Virus record (IMG/VR): IMGVR_UViG_3300008624_000002
Strand: one strand, 5' to 3'
Length of the DNA: 64,000 nt
From: an uncultured virus (IMG/VR IMGVR_UViG_3300008624_000002)
Taxonomy: Duplodnaviria > Heunggongvirae > Uroviricota > Caudoviricetes
The notes beneath the pieces were generated by a model. The model was not told where the DNA came from and did no database searches. It saw only the letters and a list, made by a program, of their open reading frames with translations. This document shows, piece after piece, positions 48,640-57,408 of this stretch. Made by a program: the position numbers and the translations under genes. The first letter of the stretch is position 1. Every line of letters begins with the position of its first letter.

Positions 48640-49386
48640 TTATAACTCGGATTCAAAGCACGCCGTGCCGAGAATCCACCTATCATCGATATTAAATCGA
48701 GATATAATTCCATTATACTCAATCTTATCGAATCCGTCAATGGGGTTTTTGAAAAATAACTCCACATCTGGATACTCCTTATTTATGTGTTCCAACAACG
48801 CAATAAATTGTGCTTGTTGCGGTCTTCCCACACCTGAGTTCTCTTCTGTATAGACTGTATTGTATGTATAACAATCATCTGGTCCATATATGTTTTGTAA
48901 ATCTCCGAACTGTAATGAATCATATCCTAATAAACATATCTTATTATGTCCATGGTGGACAGCATATCCTAATGCATATATTCCAGCAAAGGTGTTCTTG
49001 AGGAGTTCATTTGTATATATAACTATGTTGTTGACATAGGAAAAAGAATATCCAATCATATAACTCCTCTGTCCTTCTCCCCTATAATTCTCTCCTTGGA
49101 CTACAAATCTATCATCGTCTGGCAATCGATTCTCTACTACTTCTCCTGGCAATCCGTGTTTCATCATGTCCCACATCTCCATAGGAATCTCATTCCACTC
49201 GCCTACGCAGACTCTATGTTTCTTATACCATTGGTCTGTAATCATTTCATTCTGAGGTGCAACATCTTGAACAAACAATAAGTCTGGTGTGTAGTCACGA
49301 TATATCATATTCATTCCCCACCAATTGTCTAATTCGTTTAAATCGACATTCTTTCTTGATGGTCCATTTCCGACTAGGTAGAGCAT
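48640..49386 (-). CDS. Hypothetical protein with GNGPS / LLGYD motifs (DUF115/sialyltransferase-like Rossmann fold)
   Basis: LVGNGPSR, G.N.IYRD..PD, ICLLGYD. Confidence 0.45.
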   Translation of the reverse strand: MLYLVGNGPSRKNVDLNELDNWWGMNMIYRDYTPDLLFVQDVAPQNEMITDQWYKKHRVCVGEWNEIPMEMWDMMKHGLPGEVVENRLPDDDRFVVQGENYRGEGQRSYMIGYSFSYVNNIVIYTNELLKNTFAGIYALGYAVHHGHNKICLLGYDSLQFGDLQNIYGPDDCYTYNTVYTEENSGVGRPQQAQFIALLEHINKEYPDVELFFKNPIDGFDKIEYNGIISRFNIDDRWILGTACFESEL

Positions 49387-49967
49387 AGTTTTATTAGTTT
49401 CTGTTTGTAAGTATTCTTGTTATAAGATATAAATGATTTATACTTATTAATTTTGTTTATCGTTTCTGGATATATCAATGTTTCGGTAATCAGTGTGTTC
49501 CACTTCTTACTGTATTCTGTTATATCATCTAGAATACACATTGTTTCTAAAGATATCTTCTTACCTAAGAACTGTTTCAAGAGATAAGGGTGTTGTCCCT
49601 TATTGACTGTTAGTACCTCTTGTATAGTTTTCTTCTCTAATAGTTTTGTGACATCTTGTTCGAACTGATAAGTGAGTCGTTGGTTTCTTTTCTTCCATTC
49701 TAAGTATACTTTCTTAGATTCGTTATCAAGTAAATCTCCCACCCACTTATCCTTTAATGATAAGTTTGCAACATAGAAATTTAGTAGTTCACTCTTGTAT
49801 AATCTTGAGAGTTTACCAAAGTGAAATCTGTCATTGCGTTTCAGGAAGGAGGGTAAGTCTGCTTTGACTTTACCGTTATACTTTATAAAGTCATATGACT
49901 CAGAATGAAAATGTAATTTTATTCCGAGATATAACTGATAACTATCAAATCCTTCCCGACTTGACAT
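49374..49967 (-). CDS. gp59: Helicase loader gp59
   Basis: Y.LYLGIKLHF...YDF.KY.GK; KR.D..F.KL; ISLET. Confidence 0.85.
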   Translation of the reverse strand: MSSREGFDSYQLYLGIKLHFHSESYDFIKYNGKVKADLPSFLKRNDRFHFGKLSRLYKSELLNFYVANLSLKDKWVGDLLDNESKKVYLEWKKRNQRLTYQFEQDVTKLLEKKTIQEVLTVNKGQHPYLLKQFLGKKISLETMCILDDITEYSKKWNTLITETLIYPETINKINKYKSFISYNKNTYKQKLIKLCST

Positions 49968-50272
49968 TACTTATCTACTATAATGTTCTTTGGTGCTACT
50001 TTTATTTTTGATACAGCAGTTCTATAAGCTTCTTGAACTTGTTCATTCGTTTCTGTGGTAAACACAAAGTTTTCGATGAGCATCCAGGTTGGGTCTTTAA
50101 CACCGGTAACTGCTACACCTTGAGCAAAACCCATTCCGCCGCCTTCTGGCATCTGAACTATCATTCTTGGGTCTTGTAGTTTTATACAGTTATGTGCTTG
50201 TGGACTATCTGTATACACACCAATATATTCACCACTTACGGTGACTACTGTTATGATATCGCCTTCTTTCAT
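49967..50272 (-). CDS. Hypothetical protein (Sm-like fold possible)
   Basis: TV.SGEYIG...L..PR...Y....S.I pattern. Confidence 0.5.
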   Translation of the reverse strand: MKEGDIITVVTVSGEYIGVYTDSPQAHNCIKLQDPRMIVQMPEGGGMGFAQGVAVTGVKDPTWMLIENFVFTTETNEQVQEAYRTAVSKIKVAPKNIIVDK

Positions 50273-50282
50273 AATCTATCCT

Positions 50283-50519
50283 TTATTTTGAGATAAAACT
50301 TTCTAATGAACCACGACTTGCTTTATCTCTATTGATAAGTTTAAGTCTTTCTGCTTCCGCAGTCAACTTCTCTTTCAATGGGACTGAAAGTAATCGTTTT
50401 GCACCTTCCGGTTCTACTCCGTTTTTTTCACACACCAAGAGTATTGCACTCATGATATCCGTCCTACTACCAACAAGTAATTTCTCCACTTGTTCTGTAA
50501 ATTCTTTTCTACTAATCAT
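50283..50519 (-). CDS. gp33: Late transcription co-activator gp33
   Basis: F...VE...AI...CE..G.EPE...L.S.PLKEKL.AEA..L.LI; start moved to the ATG at 50519. Confidence 0.85.
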   Translation of the reverse strand: MISRKEFTEQVEKLLVGSRTDIMSAILLVCEKNGVEPEGAKRLLSVPLKEKLTAEAERLKLINRDKASRGSLESFISK

Positions 50520-51120
50520 TCTTAAATTTTCCTTCACGGAACCAAAGATTAAATGCGTATTTCTCTCCTATAATTACAGGTAATCCTGCGTGTTGAGACA
50601 TATCATCTCTCTCATTCGTTTCCATGTTTACATTATACCACGAGACAACTGTTCCTGCTCTAGGGTGAACACTAAGTCCATGGTGACAAAATCCTGTTTC
50701 ACCACCTTGAGGTACATCTCGTAAGTAACCTAAAACGGTCAATATTCTTTGACCTCCTGTTTTCACATAGTCTTTATTATATGATTCATCACTTTCATGG
50801 AAACTATCATGATGATAATCATATAATTGACCTTCTTCATAATGTACCACTTGAAAGGGTTCGGCATTTTCTAAAGGCATACGAACCATTTGTGAAATTC
50901 TGTTTGCGACATTCTCAATCAAAGGAGATGCATCGTGTTCTAACCATGTGTTTGAACCTGTTCTTCCTTTGTGTTTCTGTCCTTTACCATCTGAACTAAT
51001 TACATCAGCTGGTTTTAAATTCTGCCATGTATGTGCGAGTATTTCTTCACACTCCTCTATAGATATAAAGTTGTGGACAACTGAGAAGGCTAACTTCTCA
51101 TTGTTGTATACATTTATCAT
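50512..51120 (-). CDS. Prolyl 4-hydroxylase-type 2OG-Fe(II) oxygenase
   Basis: RTGS.TW; E.FQVVHY..GQ.Y..HHD; GQRI.TVL.YL.DV..GGET.F; HAG.PV..GEK. Confidence 0.9.
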   Translation of the reverse strand: MINVYNNEKLAFSVVHNFISIEECEEILAHTWQNLKPADVISSDGKGQKHKGRTGSNTWLEHDASPLIENVANRISQMVRMPLENAEPFQVVHYEEGQLYDYHHDSFHESDESYNKDYVKTGGQRILTVLGYLRDVPQGGETGFCHHGLSVHPRAGTVVSWYNVNMETNERDDMSQHAGLPVIIGEKYAFNLWFREGKFKND

Positions 51121-51800
51121 AAACCGTAGAGATTTCTATACTGTTCTCTCAATTGCATCAAGTCTTCTATATGGTCACTTGGTTTAGATATGAAGATTTG
51201 AAATGTATTCATACCTTCTACACCAACTATTGCAATTAAATCTTCTATAGGTTTACCAGTTAATTCTTCTACCATGATTGCATATGCAGTCATTTGAATA
51301 TACCACTGTTTCGCCATATAGTCTTCTTTTGGTTTAGAGGAAGATTTAAAATCTATAATCGCTAACTTATTATTAAACAAACCAACGCAGTCAACTCGAC
51401 CTGCCATCTGTAATTCATTTGAAAATAGTGGTGCTTCTAAAGATATTGGAATGATTTCATCGAGAACTGGTTGAACTGCTCTGAACATTCCTTCTTGAAT
51501 AACATTTTGGAACTCTATAAACTCTTTTTCTTTTCTAAGATAGTCTTCAATATTTTGGTGAAAGATAGTGCCTCTCTTCGTGGCTTGTGAAGTGATTTTA
51601 TTTGCCTCTTCTTCGCCTACTCGTTCTCTCCATAACTTGATATGTTTTCGACTATGTAAACCTGTCACGGTTGTGACACTAGGATATTTTATTGTCTTGG
51701 TTGAATCGGTGTAGTATCTCTGACCATTCTCTGAGATAGTATCTAATTGTAAATCTTCCAATTCATGTAATTCTAATAGAGTGGTTTTCAATTTTGTCAT
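51117..51800 (-). CDS. PD-(D/E)XK exonuclease (Cas4-like)
   Basis: YPSVTTV; RGT.FH; AGRVD; IIDFKSS; Q..AY. Confidence 0.85.
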   Translation of the reverse strand: MTKLKTTLLELHELEDLQLDTISENGQRYYTDSTKTIKYPSVTTVTGLHSRKHIKLWRERVGEEEANKITSQATKRGTIFHQNIEDYLRKEKEFIEFQNVIQEGMFRAVQPVLDEIIPISLEAPLFSNELQMAGRVDCVGLFNNKLAIIDFKSSSKPKEDYMAKQWYIQMTAYAIMVEELTGKPIEDLIAIVGVEGMNTFQIFISKPSDHIEDLMQLREQYRNLYGL

Positions 51801-51806
51801 AGGTCC

Positions 51807-51835
51807 ATGGTACTATGTTTTACTCTGAATGTCTA
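51807..51835 (-). promoter_or_regulatory. Sigma70-like promoter TAGACA-N17-TACCAT
   Basis: Shares TAGTACCATGG with the promoters at 54450 and 60239; ATG 6 nt after the -10 box. Confidence 0.6.
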
Positions 51836-52118
51836 CATGCTTTTTGATAGTCTTTACCGATTTTTCTCTTTTGATATCTTTCGAACCATGTTTTGCATGA
51901 AGTTCAGAGCCTGGGTGTGAATCACCAATCTTGTTTAGAACATCTTTAAACCCACCATCAAGTTTGACACGGTCACCATGACCACCTACGATACTAGGTG
52001 CAGTTATCTGTTGTTGAAGATGAGGACATTCTTCTTTAAATTCATCTAGGTCTTTATAACTCATAAAGTGTTCTTCCACTTCACCAGTTATAGTATTCAA
52101 AAACTCATATGTTGGCAT
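51813..52118 (-). CDS. FmdB-like small regulatory protein
   Basis: MPTYEF.N..TGE..E; GFKDVL.KI...HPGS. Confidence 0.7.
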   Translation of the reverse strand: MPTYEFLNTITGEVEEHFMSYKDLDEFKEECPHLQQQITAPSIVGGHGDRVKLDGGFKDVLNKIGDSHPGSELHAKHGSKDIKREKSVKTIKKHVDIQSKT

Positions 52119-52309
52119 TAATCTTCTATCACTTTTCTTTCTGGTAGATTATCTTCAACCATCTGTATAACATCGTCTTTAGAGTACCAAAGACTACTAT
52201 ACATTTGTTTACTACCATCAAATTTCCATTCAACATGATATCTTTTATAACCGAAAGGTCTATCTGAATAGATTTGAACATCTCCGTAGTTTGCTACTAA
52301 TAATCTCAT
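52118..52309 (-). CDS. Hypothetical protein
   Basis: Start moved to MRLLVANYG; coupled to the downstream gene. Confidence 0.5.
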   Translation of the reverse strand: MRLLVANYGDVQIYSDRPFGYKRYHVEWKFDGSKQMYSSLWYSKDDVIQMVEDNLPERKVIED

Positions 52310-52317
52310 AGTATTAT

Positions 52318-52605
52318 TTATGGTGTTTGTAAATCTTGTATTTCTTGTAAATACTTCTCTACATTCTTCCAAGAAAGATAACCAATAACATCTTGTGTTA
52401 TAGGTGTATGATAAGTTATCTCTTCTTCTGCATCTAGAACTGCAAGTTCCCAAAGACCATCTTTACCACCATAACTATAATCGTGTTTGACTACACTCGC
52501 ACCATAACCATTAGGGAATGAATACTTGTGTTGTAAACCACCAAGGAAATAATTTGTATTCTTTAGATGTTCTCTAAATTTATTTTTCTCTAAGTTCTCT
52601 TTCAT
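52318..52605 (-). CDS. Conserved phage hypothetical protein
   Basis: F.NGYGASVV...SYGG..GLWELAV; DVIGYL. Confidence 0.7.
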   Translation of the reverse strand: MKENLEKNKFREHLKNTNYFLGGLQHKYSFPNGYGASVVKHDYSYGGKDGLWELAVLDAEEEITYHTPITQDVIGYLSWKNVEKYLQEIQDLQTP

Positions 52606-52707
52606 ACTTTATATTACCGTCTCTATTCCATTCAATCTTTTCTTTAAAGAGTCTTATTTCTTCCTTGATTAACGACTCGTTCATATTTTCTTTTGATAAT
52701 TCTTTTC

Positions 52708-53220
52708 TCATTTGTAAAATTTATGTTCGTTAATAACTACAGTTTCATTTAATGAATCTGCCCAATAAGGGTTCACACGAGTAGCATGATAATGAGTTGC
52801 ACCTTCTGTAATGTCGGCCCAAGCACCATCTTGTATATCTCTTGCAATCCTTAAAACTTCTAACCAGGTCTTCGTGTCTAATGGTACATCTGACTTACCA
52901 TCACAAAACCAACTGAACTGACATTGATTGCGAACTGGTATCATTTCGCCTTGCCAACTCTCTCTCATTTTCGCCTGATAAACAACACCACAAATATTGT
53001 TTGGATAAGACCTGTGTTCTAATCTATTCAATACAACATGTGCTACTGCAATCTTACCAGCGAGTGGTTGATTACCTGCCTCAAAATAAATGTTTTGTGC
53101 AAGGCAGAATGTATCACCATTTTCATCAGACGCCTTAACTGTAGACGGAAATAATAATAAGAACATCAATAATGCTCCGAAACCCATTCCATATAGGAAT
53201 GCTTTATATGCTTTAGTCAT
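52708..53220 (-). CDS. SleB-like cell wall hydrolase (Hydrolase_2)
   Basis: CLA.NIYFEA; VA.VVLNR; ICGVVYQ; CQFSW.CDG; GATHYHA; H.FY. Confidence 0.92.
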   Translation of the reverse strand: MTKAYKAFLYGMGFGALLMFLLLFPSTVKASDENGDTFCLAQNIYFEAGNQPLAGKIAVAHVVLNRLEHRSYPNNICGVVYQAKMRESWQGEMIPVRNQCQFSWFCDGKSDVPLDTKTWLEVLRIARDIQDGAWADITEGATHYHATRVNPYWADSLNETVVINEHKFYK

Positions 53221-53221
53221 A

Positions 53222-53410
53222 CTACGCCTCTATAGTTTTTGTCCACTGAACAAAGACATGTTTTGCTTCATCTTTATTCAAGTCATAGTTATCTTGTAAC
53301 CAACGAGGAGCGCCAAACATATTCATTGTAGCACTTTCTCGTAAGTAATCTAACTCTTGAAAGAAGATTTCCATATCGTCTATTAAGTGGTTAAAATTAT
53401 TTATCATCAT
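53222..53410 (-). CDS. Hypothetical protein
   Basis: LD.LRES..MNMFGA motif. Confidence 0.6.
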   Translation of the reverse strand: MMINNFNHLIDDMEIFFQELDYLRESATMNMFGAPRWLQDNYDLNKDEAKHVFVQWTKTIEA

Positions 53411-53411
53411 A

Positions 53412-53630
53412 TTACCATCCTGATGTCCAATGGACATATTCATCTTTACAGTTTAATTCACCACAAATACATTCACCGTCTTGTAGTTCAATTTCTTCTA
53501 TCGCAAACTCACTTGGATGTTTTACACCATATTTCTCTAAGTTGTAAACTTCTTCTGGTGTGAGTTTATCATCACTAGTATCTGATAAGATTCTGTGATG
53601 TGTTTCTAAAAAAGGTTTATTTACACTCAT
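53412..53630 (-). CDS. Hypothetical protein
   Basis: 72 aa; CICG...C.D.Y.HWTSGW. Confidence 0.55.
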   Translation of the reverse strand: MSVNKPFLETHHRILSDTSDDKLTPEEVYNLEKYGVKHPSEFAIEEIELQDGECICGELNCKDEYVHWTSGW

Positions 53631-54022
53631 AAGAACAACTCGTCTTCTTCTGGAACATCATGCCATTTTGCATACACAAGACTTTCTCCAGATTTAGCGA
53701 AAAGTTTTAATGCCAAATCAGCAGCAAGAGAATCGTTGTAATTCTTCCCGCCAACATTCCATGTTATCTTTTCGTAATCATCACCAAAGTTTCTTGCGTA
53801 ATGCCAGTCATAAAGAGCGAATGTGCCAGTGTCCCAACCTTCTTCATCGTCATTGACTTCGTAATCAATGCAGAACTCAGTTGTGATTTTATCGCCGTTT
53901 CCGCAAAAGGCAGGTTCACCGAACATTGTTTCTAACTCATTGTAAGTAGCAAAGATATTTCCTTTTAATGAACCGCCTGCACTTGTCTCAGTGCAAGGTA
54001 TAAATTGTATTGTTTGTGCCAT
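53627..54022 (-). CDS. Hypothetical protein
   Basis: Start moved to MAQTIQ; TY.EL...FGEP..DK; W.VGG. Confidence 0.6.
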   Translation of the reverse strand: MAQTIQFIPCTETSAGGSLKGNIFATYNELETMFGEPAFCGNGDKITTEFCIDYEVNDDEEGWDTGTFALYDWHYARNFGDDYEKITWNVGGKNYNDSLAADLALKLFAKSGESLVYAKWHDVPEEDELFL

Positions 54023-54411
54023 TACACGAACCTCCCATTTCTTTTTCCACCTGCTGAATATCCTGAAATGTAACCAGGACCGTACATGGTTCTTCTGGTA
54101 ACAGTGAAACCATCGAAGAGATTTCCTCTTGGTCTGTTTAGGGCGGGTGCCCTCCATCCACTAGCTTTTAGAACATCACCTTCTTTGAAAGTGATTCCGC
54201 AAAGGCCTTTTTTGAATTCGGCAATGTTAATGAAACCCCATACAGAACCCCCACCTTTGTGAGCGTTGTCGTATGAGACGATTTTGATGTATTTTTTACC
54301 GACTTTTGGTGCGTAGTGAGCACCATTGTCCATGCAATGTTTGTATTCACCGCAAAGAGTATTTGTGAGGTCTTCACAAAGTTTGTCGACTAGAACATTT
54401 AAGTCTTTCAT
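54022..54411 (-). CDS. Conserved phage early protein
   Basis: GKKYIKI...SVWGFI...GDVLKA.GW.APA.N..RGN; SD AGGAGA upstream of 54411. Confidence 0.7.
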   Translation of the reverse strand: MKDLNVLVDKLCEDLTNTLCGEYKHCMDNGAHYAPKVGKKYIKIVSYDNAHKGGGSVWGFINIAEFKKGLCGITFKEGDVLKASGWRAPALNRPRGNLFDGFTVTRRTMYGPGYISGYSAGGKRNGRFV

Positions 54412-54449
54412 ATTTTGTCTCCTTTTAGTATTATTCTCATCATGTATCC

Positions 54450-54479
54450 ATGGTACTAAAAAGTGAGGCCCATTGTCAA
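54450..54479 (-). promoter_or_regulatory. Sigma70-like promoter TTGACA-N18-TACCAT
   Basis: Perfect -35 box upstream of an early gene cluster. Confidence 0.65.
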
Positions 54480-54733
54480 CCCTTTTGTTCAAGATAACCG
54501 AGAACTGCTTTGCGTTCTAAGTCCGTGAAACTACTAACATCTTTGAATCTTGCCCATGGTGTTCCGAATGTAACCATCTTATTACCTGCTGTCACAGCGG
54601 CGTTCCATAACAAATCATCCTTTGGATATAACTCATTCTTCTCGCATAAAGTTATTAATTCTCTACCCATATCGACTATTTTCTTTGTTGCTGGGCTATC
54701 TCCATAATAAGAAAACTGCTTAATTTTTTGCAC
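54476..54733 (-). CDS. Hypothetical protein
   Basis: 85 aa; GTG start with SD AGGAG; promoter-like TTGAGT-N18-TACAAT at 54766-54795. Confidence 0.55.
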   Translation of the reverse strand: MQKIKQFSYYGDSPATKKIVDMGRELITLCEKNELYPKDDLLWNAAVTAGNKMVTFGTPWARFKDVSSFTDLERKAVLGYLEQKG

Positions 54734-54801
54734 TTTTGTACTCCTTGTATAATATATTAGATACTATTGTATCAAAAAATTGTACCTGGACTCAAGTGGT
54801 T

Positions 54802-55053
54802 TTATAAGTTTTTCTGTAGTTCGTCTAATTCTTTTAGTTTCTTGGTGAGAATATCTAATCTGTTAGGCCAGTAGATATAATCTTTGTCTGAATCTTTAGC
54901 AAGATTCTCTAAAAGGGGTCTGATAAAGTTATCTAGTTTAGTGATAACTTCTGTTGCGGTTGTTGTCTTTTCTACAATCTTTGTATCTACAGATGCAAGT
55001 TCATCTGCATCCATAGCTGTAAAACCGAAGTCGTTGTATTCTATATCTGCCAT
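54802..55053 (-). CDS. Conserved phage hypothetical protein
   Basis: DFGFTA.D..EL; PLL.NL......YIYWPNR. Confidence 0.7.
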   Translation of the reverse strand: MADIEYNDFGFTAMDADELASVDTKIVEKTTTATEVITKLDNFIRPLLENLAKDSDKDYIYWPNRLDILTKKLKELDELQKNL

Positions 55054-55057
55054 AGGA

Positions 55058-55210
55058 CTATTTAGTTAATCTAGGGAAGTTATCCCACCGATAGAATTCT
55101 TTTGTTAAATGGTCCCAATACCAACCTCTATACTTCTGTTCTGCTTGAGGTAGCAAAGACTCGTTGTATATGTGTTCTCTTTGATAGGGGTGTTTTATTT
55201 CCTTTTCCAT
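55058..55210 (-). CDS. Hypothetical protein
   Basis: YRGWYWD....FYRW; start at MEKEIK. Confidence 0.5.
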   Translation of the reverse strand: MEKEIKHPYQREHIYNESLLPQAEQKYRGWYWDHLTKEFYRWDNFPRLTK

Positions 55211-55218
55211 ATTTTTAT

Positions 55219-55407
55219 TTAGTGTGTTATGTTCCAGTTTTCTTTGAATAAGCAATATCTTGTTTGACCATCTTCTGTTTCATATACAAATTGAGATGAT
55301 AATAACTCTACAACTTTACCTTTAGACTCTCTCTCGAAATAGGGTTCGTAATGAATTATCTCGTCACCTATTTTCGGTGGTTTAACTTTCTTCAATCCAA
55401 TATTCAT
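55219..55407 (-). CDS. Hypothetical protein
   Basis: 62 aa, in operon context. Confidence 0.5.
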   Translation of the reverse strand: MNIGLKKVKPPKIGDEIIHYEPYFERESKGKVVELLSSQFVYETEDGQTRYCLFKENWNITH

Positions 55408-56005
55408 ATTCGTCTTTAACTTCTTTTTTTAGATTTCTATTCTCTCTGTATTTAAGAACTTGTTTATGGTTTTGAACTCTCTGATAATTAGCATGTTGTT
55501 GTATAGTTATCTCTGGTATTTCTATCTTAGGAAGAGCTGTAATTAGATAATGTATTAAACGACAAACATCTAACCAAGCAACACTCGGCAATTCATTATG
55601 ATTTAACAAGCCTAGGTTGATTGTGGTGAGTTTATATTTCTTATCTGAGTTGTATGTTAAGTTATTACTGAGATGATTTAGAGATGCCTTCTGAGATGCG
55701 TAAAGATATCCTTTAGATATGTTTGGTTGAGATGCACGAGATGAAAAGTTAATAACGAATTTACTATCATCATCTTCCCATACACGATGAATTATATCTA
55801 GAATTTTAATTTGGTCGAAGTCTCTGTGTGCAAAGTTAATAAAAACATCAACCTCTTCGAAAGGTTTCCAATCAGTGTTGTGAGATAAGATGTCGTCTAT
55901 TCTAGGAGTTATAACTTCAATCCAGTTGTCTTCATGTCGAGTACCCTCCAACATATTTGCAATCTCTTTTGCTAGACCACTACTTCCTGTTATCGCTACT
56001 TTCAT
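55382..56005 (-). CDS. Short-chain dehydrogenase/reductase-like protein
   Basis: ITGSSGLA; DVFIN.A; INFSS; Y...K. Confidence 0.7.
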   Translation of the reverse strand: MKVAITGSSGLAKEIANMLEGTRHEDNWIEVITPRIDDILSHNTDWKPFEEVDVFINFAHRDFDQIKILDIIHRVWEDDDSKFVINFSSRASQPNISKGYLYASQKASLNHLSNNLTYNSDKKYKLTTINLGLLNHNELPSVAWLDVCRLIHYLITALPKIEIPEITIQQHANYQRVQNHKQVLKYRENRNLKKEVKDEYEYWIEES

Positions 56006-56900
56006 AATATTCTTTGATTAAATCAAACGATGGTTTACCAAACAGTGAACCATCTACACTACATTTATTACAAGGTGAATGTGAACGGTCACCTTTCATC
56101 AATCTCGCTCTAATCTTATTCATTGGTTTACTAAACCATACATCATGCAAACTCTGTTGTAAGAGATTACCCACAACATGTTCTTTACCCCAATCGTTAG
56201 AACAGAACAACACATCTCCATTCCAATCGATAAACATTTTGTAGAAAGGATAATGACATGGTTTACCTTGTAGAGCTTTGATATCAGATTCTTCTATACC
56301 AACCCAATCTATCACACCACTTCTATTGTTTAATATTAAACCATGTTTCTCAAAGTCACCCCAATGCATACGAAACTTATATTGTTCTTCTCTTATACTA
56401 GTTAGCATACTTTCAAAGTGTTGCATCTGTTCTATTCCATCATATAGATTAATATAAAGCAAGTCTAATCCTGCTTTGAACAACGACTGTATATACATTT
56501 CATTTAGTTTATCACCATTCGTATTACACTCTATCGTTGCTTGTGGGCAATTAAATCTAAACTCTTTTATTATAGGTATGAATTGTGGATTAAGTAAGTT
56601 CTCTCCGAAACCACTAAACGATATCTTGCCAATATAAGAATTTCTTCCTAACTCTTCTGCGATTATCGTTGCACCCTTAACAGTTAAATGCAAGTTTCTA
56701 TTTGGATAAACTTTAGGGTCATGTCTCGGACAAAACACACAAGTTCTATTGCACAACTCTGTGGTGTTAATCTCAACTGTAAGAATAGAGTCTAAGGGAT
56801 TTAATAGGTTCTTCTTAGCCCAATGTTTCTTCTCTTGTTCTTTTCTATGTTCTAGAAAATCAAATTGGTCAACTGCTGTGACTGGAATATTAGACGGCAT
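55980..56900 (-). CDS. Radical SAM/SPASM domain protein
   Basis: CNRTCVFC (CxxxCxxC); GFGE; NTNG; C-terminal C..P....I..NG.V..C.ND...GN...W...C..C. Confidence 0.9.
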   Translation of the reverse strand: MPSNIPVTAVDQFDFLEHRKEQEKKHWAKKNLLNPLDSILTVEINTTELCNRTCVFCPRHDPKVYPNRNLHLTVKGATIIAEELGRNSYIGKISFSGFGENLLNPQFIPIIKEFRFNCPQATIECNTNGDKLNEMYIQSLFKAGLDLLYINLYDGIEQMQHFESMLTSIREEQYKFRMHWGDFEKHGLILNNRSGVIDWVGIEESDIKALQGKPCHYPFYKMFIDWNGDVLFCSNDWGKEHVVGNLLQQSLHDVWFSKPMNKIRARLMKGDRSHSPCNKCSVDGSLFGKPSFDLIKEYYESSDNRK

Positions 56901-57408
56901 TACAAACCAGGTGTCTTGGAACATCGCCGTTATCTAGTACCACAGTAGCTTCGTATTCTCCCAATTCGAAGTCGTCTTCTGGTACCATGAACCATTGTGC
57001 ATCTTCGTCATGATTGAACTCTGTTGACTTAGGGTTCTGCCCTATCTTTCTCCAATAAACATCGGAAGAATAACTTTTTATTTCTTCTAGTTCTAATTGC
57101 ATTGGTGCTAATGATAATATGAAACCGTAAGGTCTAACTCGCAGACCCATACCATTTGATATTCCGGCTGTATAAATTTTGATTGTCTTGTGTGGTTGGT
57201 CTTCTAAGTATCTTGTTCCTAGAATGGTCGACAGTTCTGGACTTAAGTCGACACGATGATAATCCTTATCAAGAATCCATCCGTATATTGGACTTAAATT
57301 ATCTTTATAAAGTTCTGATATGGTTACCTTAGAAGTAACCGCCGTCTTGGATATTATCGGTATCGCCATCATCATCATCAGAATCCTTAGTGTCTGTTGT
57401 CTCAGCAC
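56890..57408 (-). CDS. Hypothetical protein (start uncertain)
   Basis: Fills the gap between flanking genes; the true start is probably downstream of 57408. Confidence 0.4.
   Translation of the reverse strand: MLRQQTLRILMMMMAIPIISKTAVTSKVTISELYKDNLSPIYGWILDKDYHRVDLSPELSTILGTRYLEDQPHKTIKIYTAGISNGMGLRVRPYGFILSLAPMQLELEEIKSYSSDVYWRKIGQNPKSTEFNHDEDAQWFMVPEDDFELGEYEATVVLDNGDVPRHLVCNAV

Noticed and set aside
51117..51800. Cas4 as evidence of a CRISPR system
   Set aside because: A standalone PD-(D/E)XK exonuclease common in T4-like phages; no array or other cas genes.
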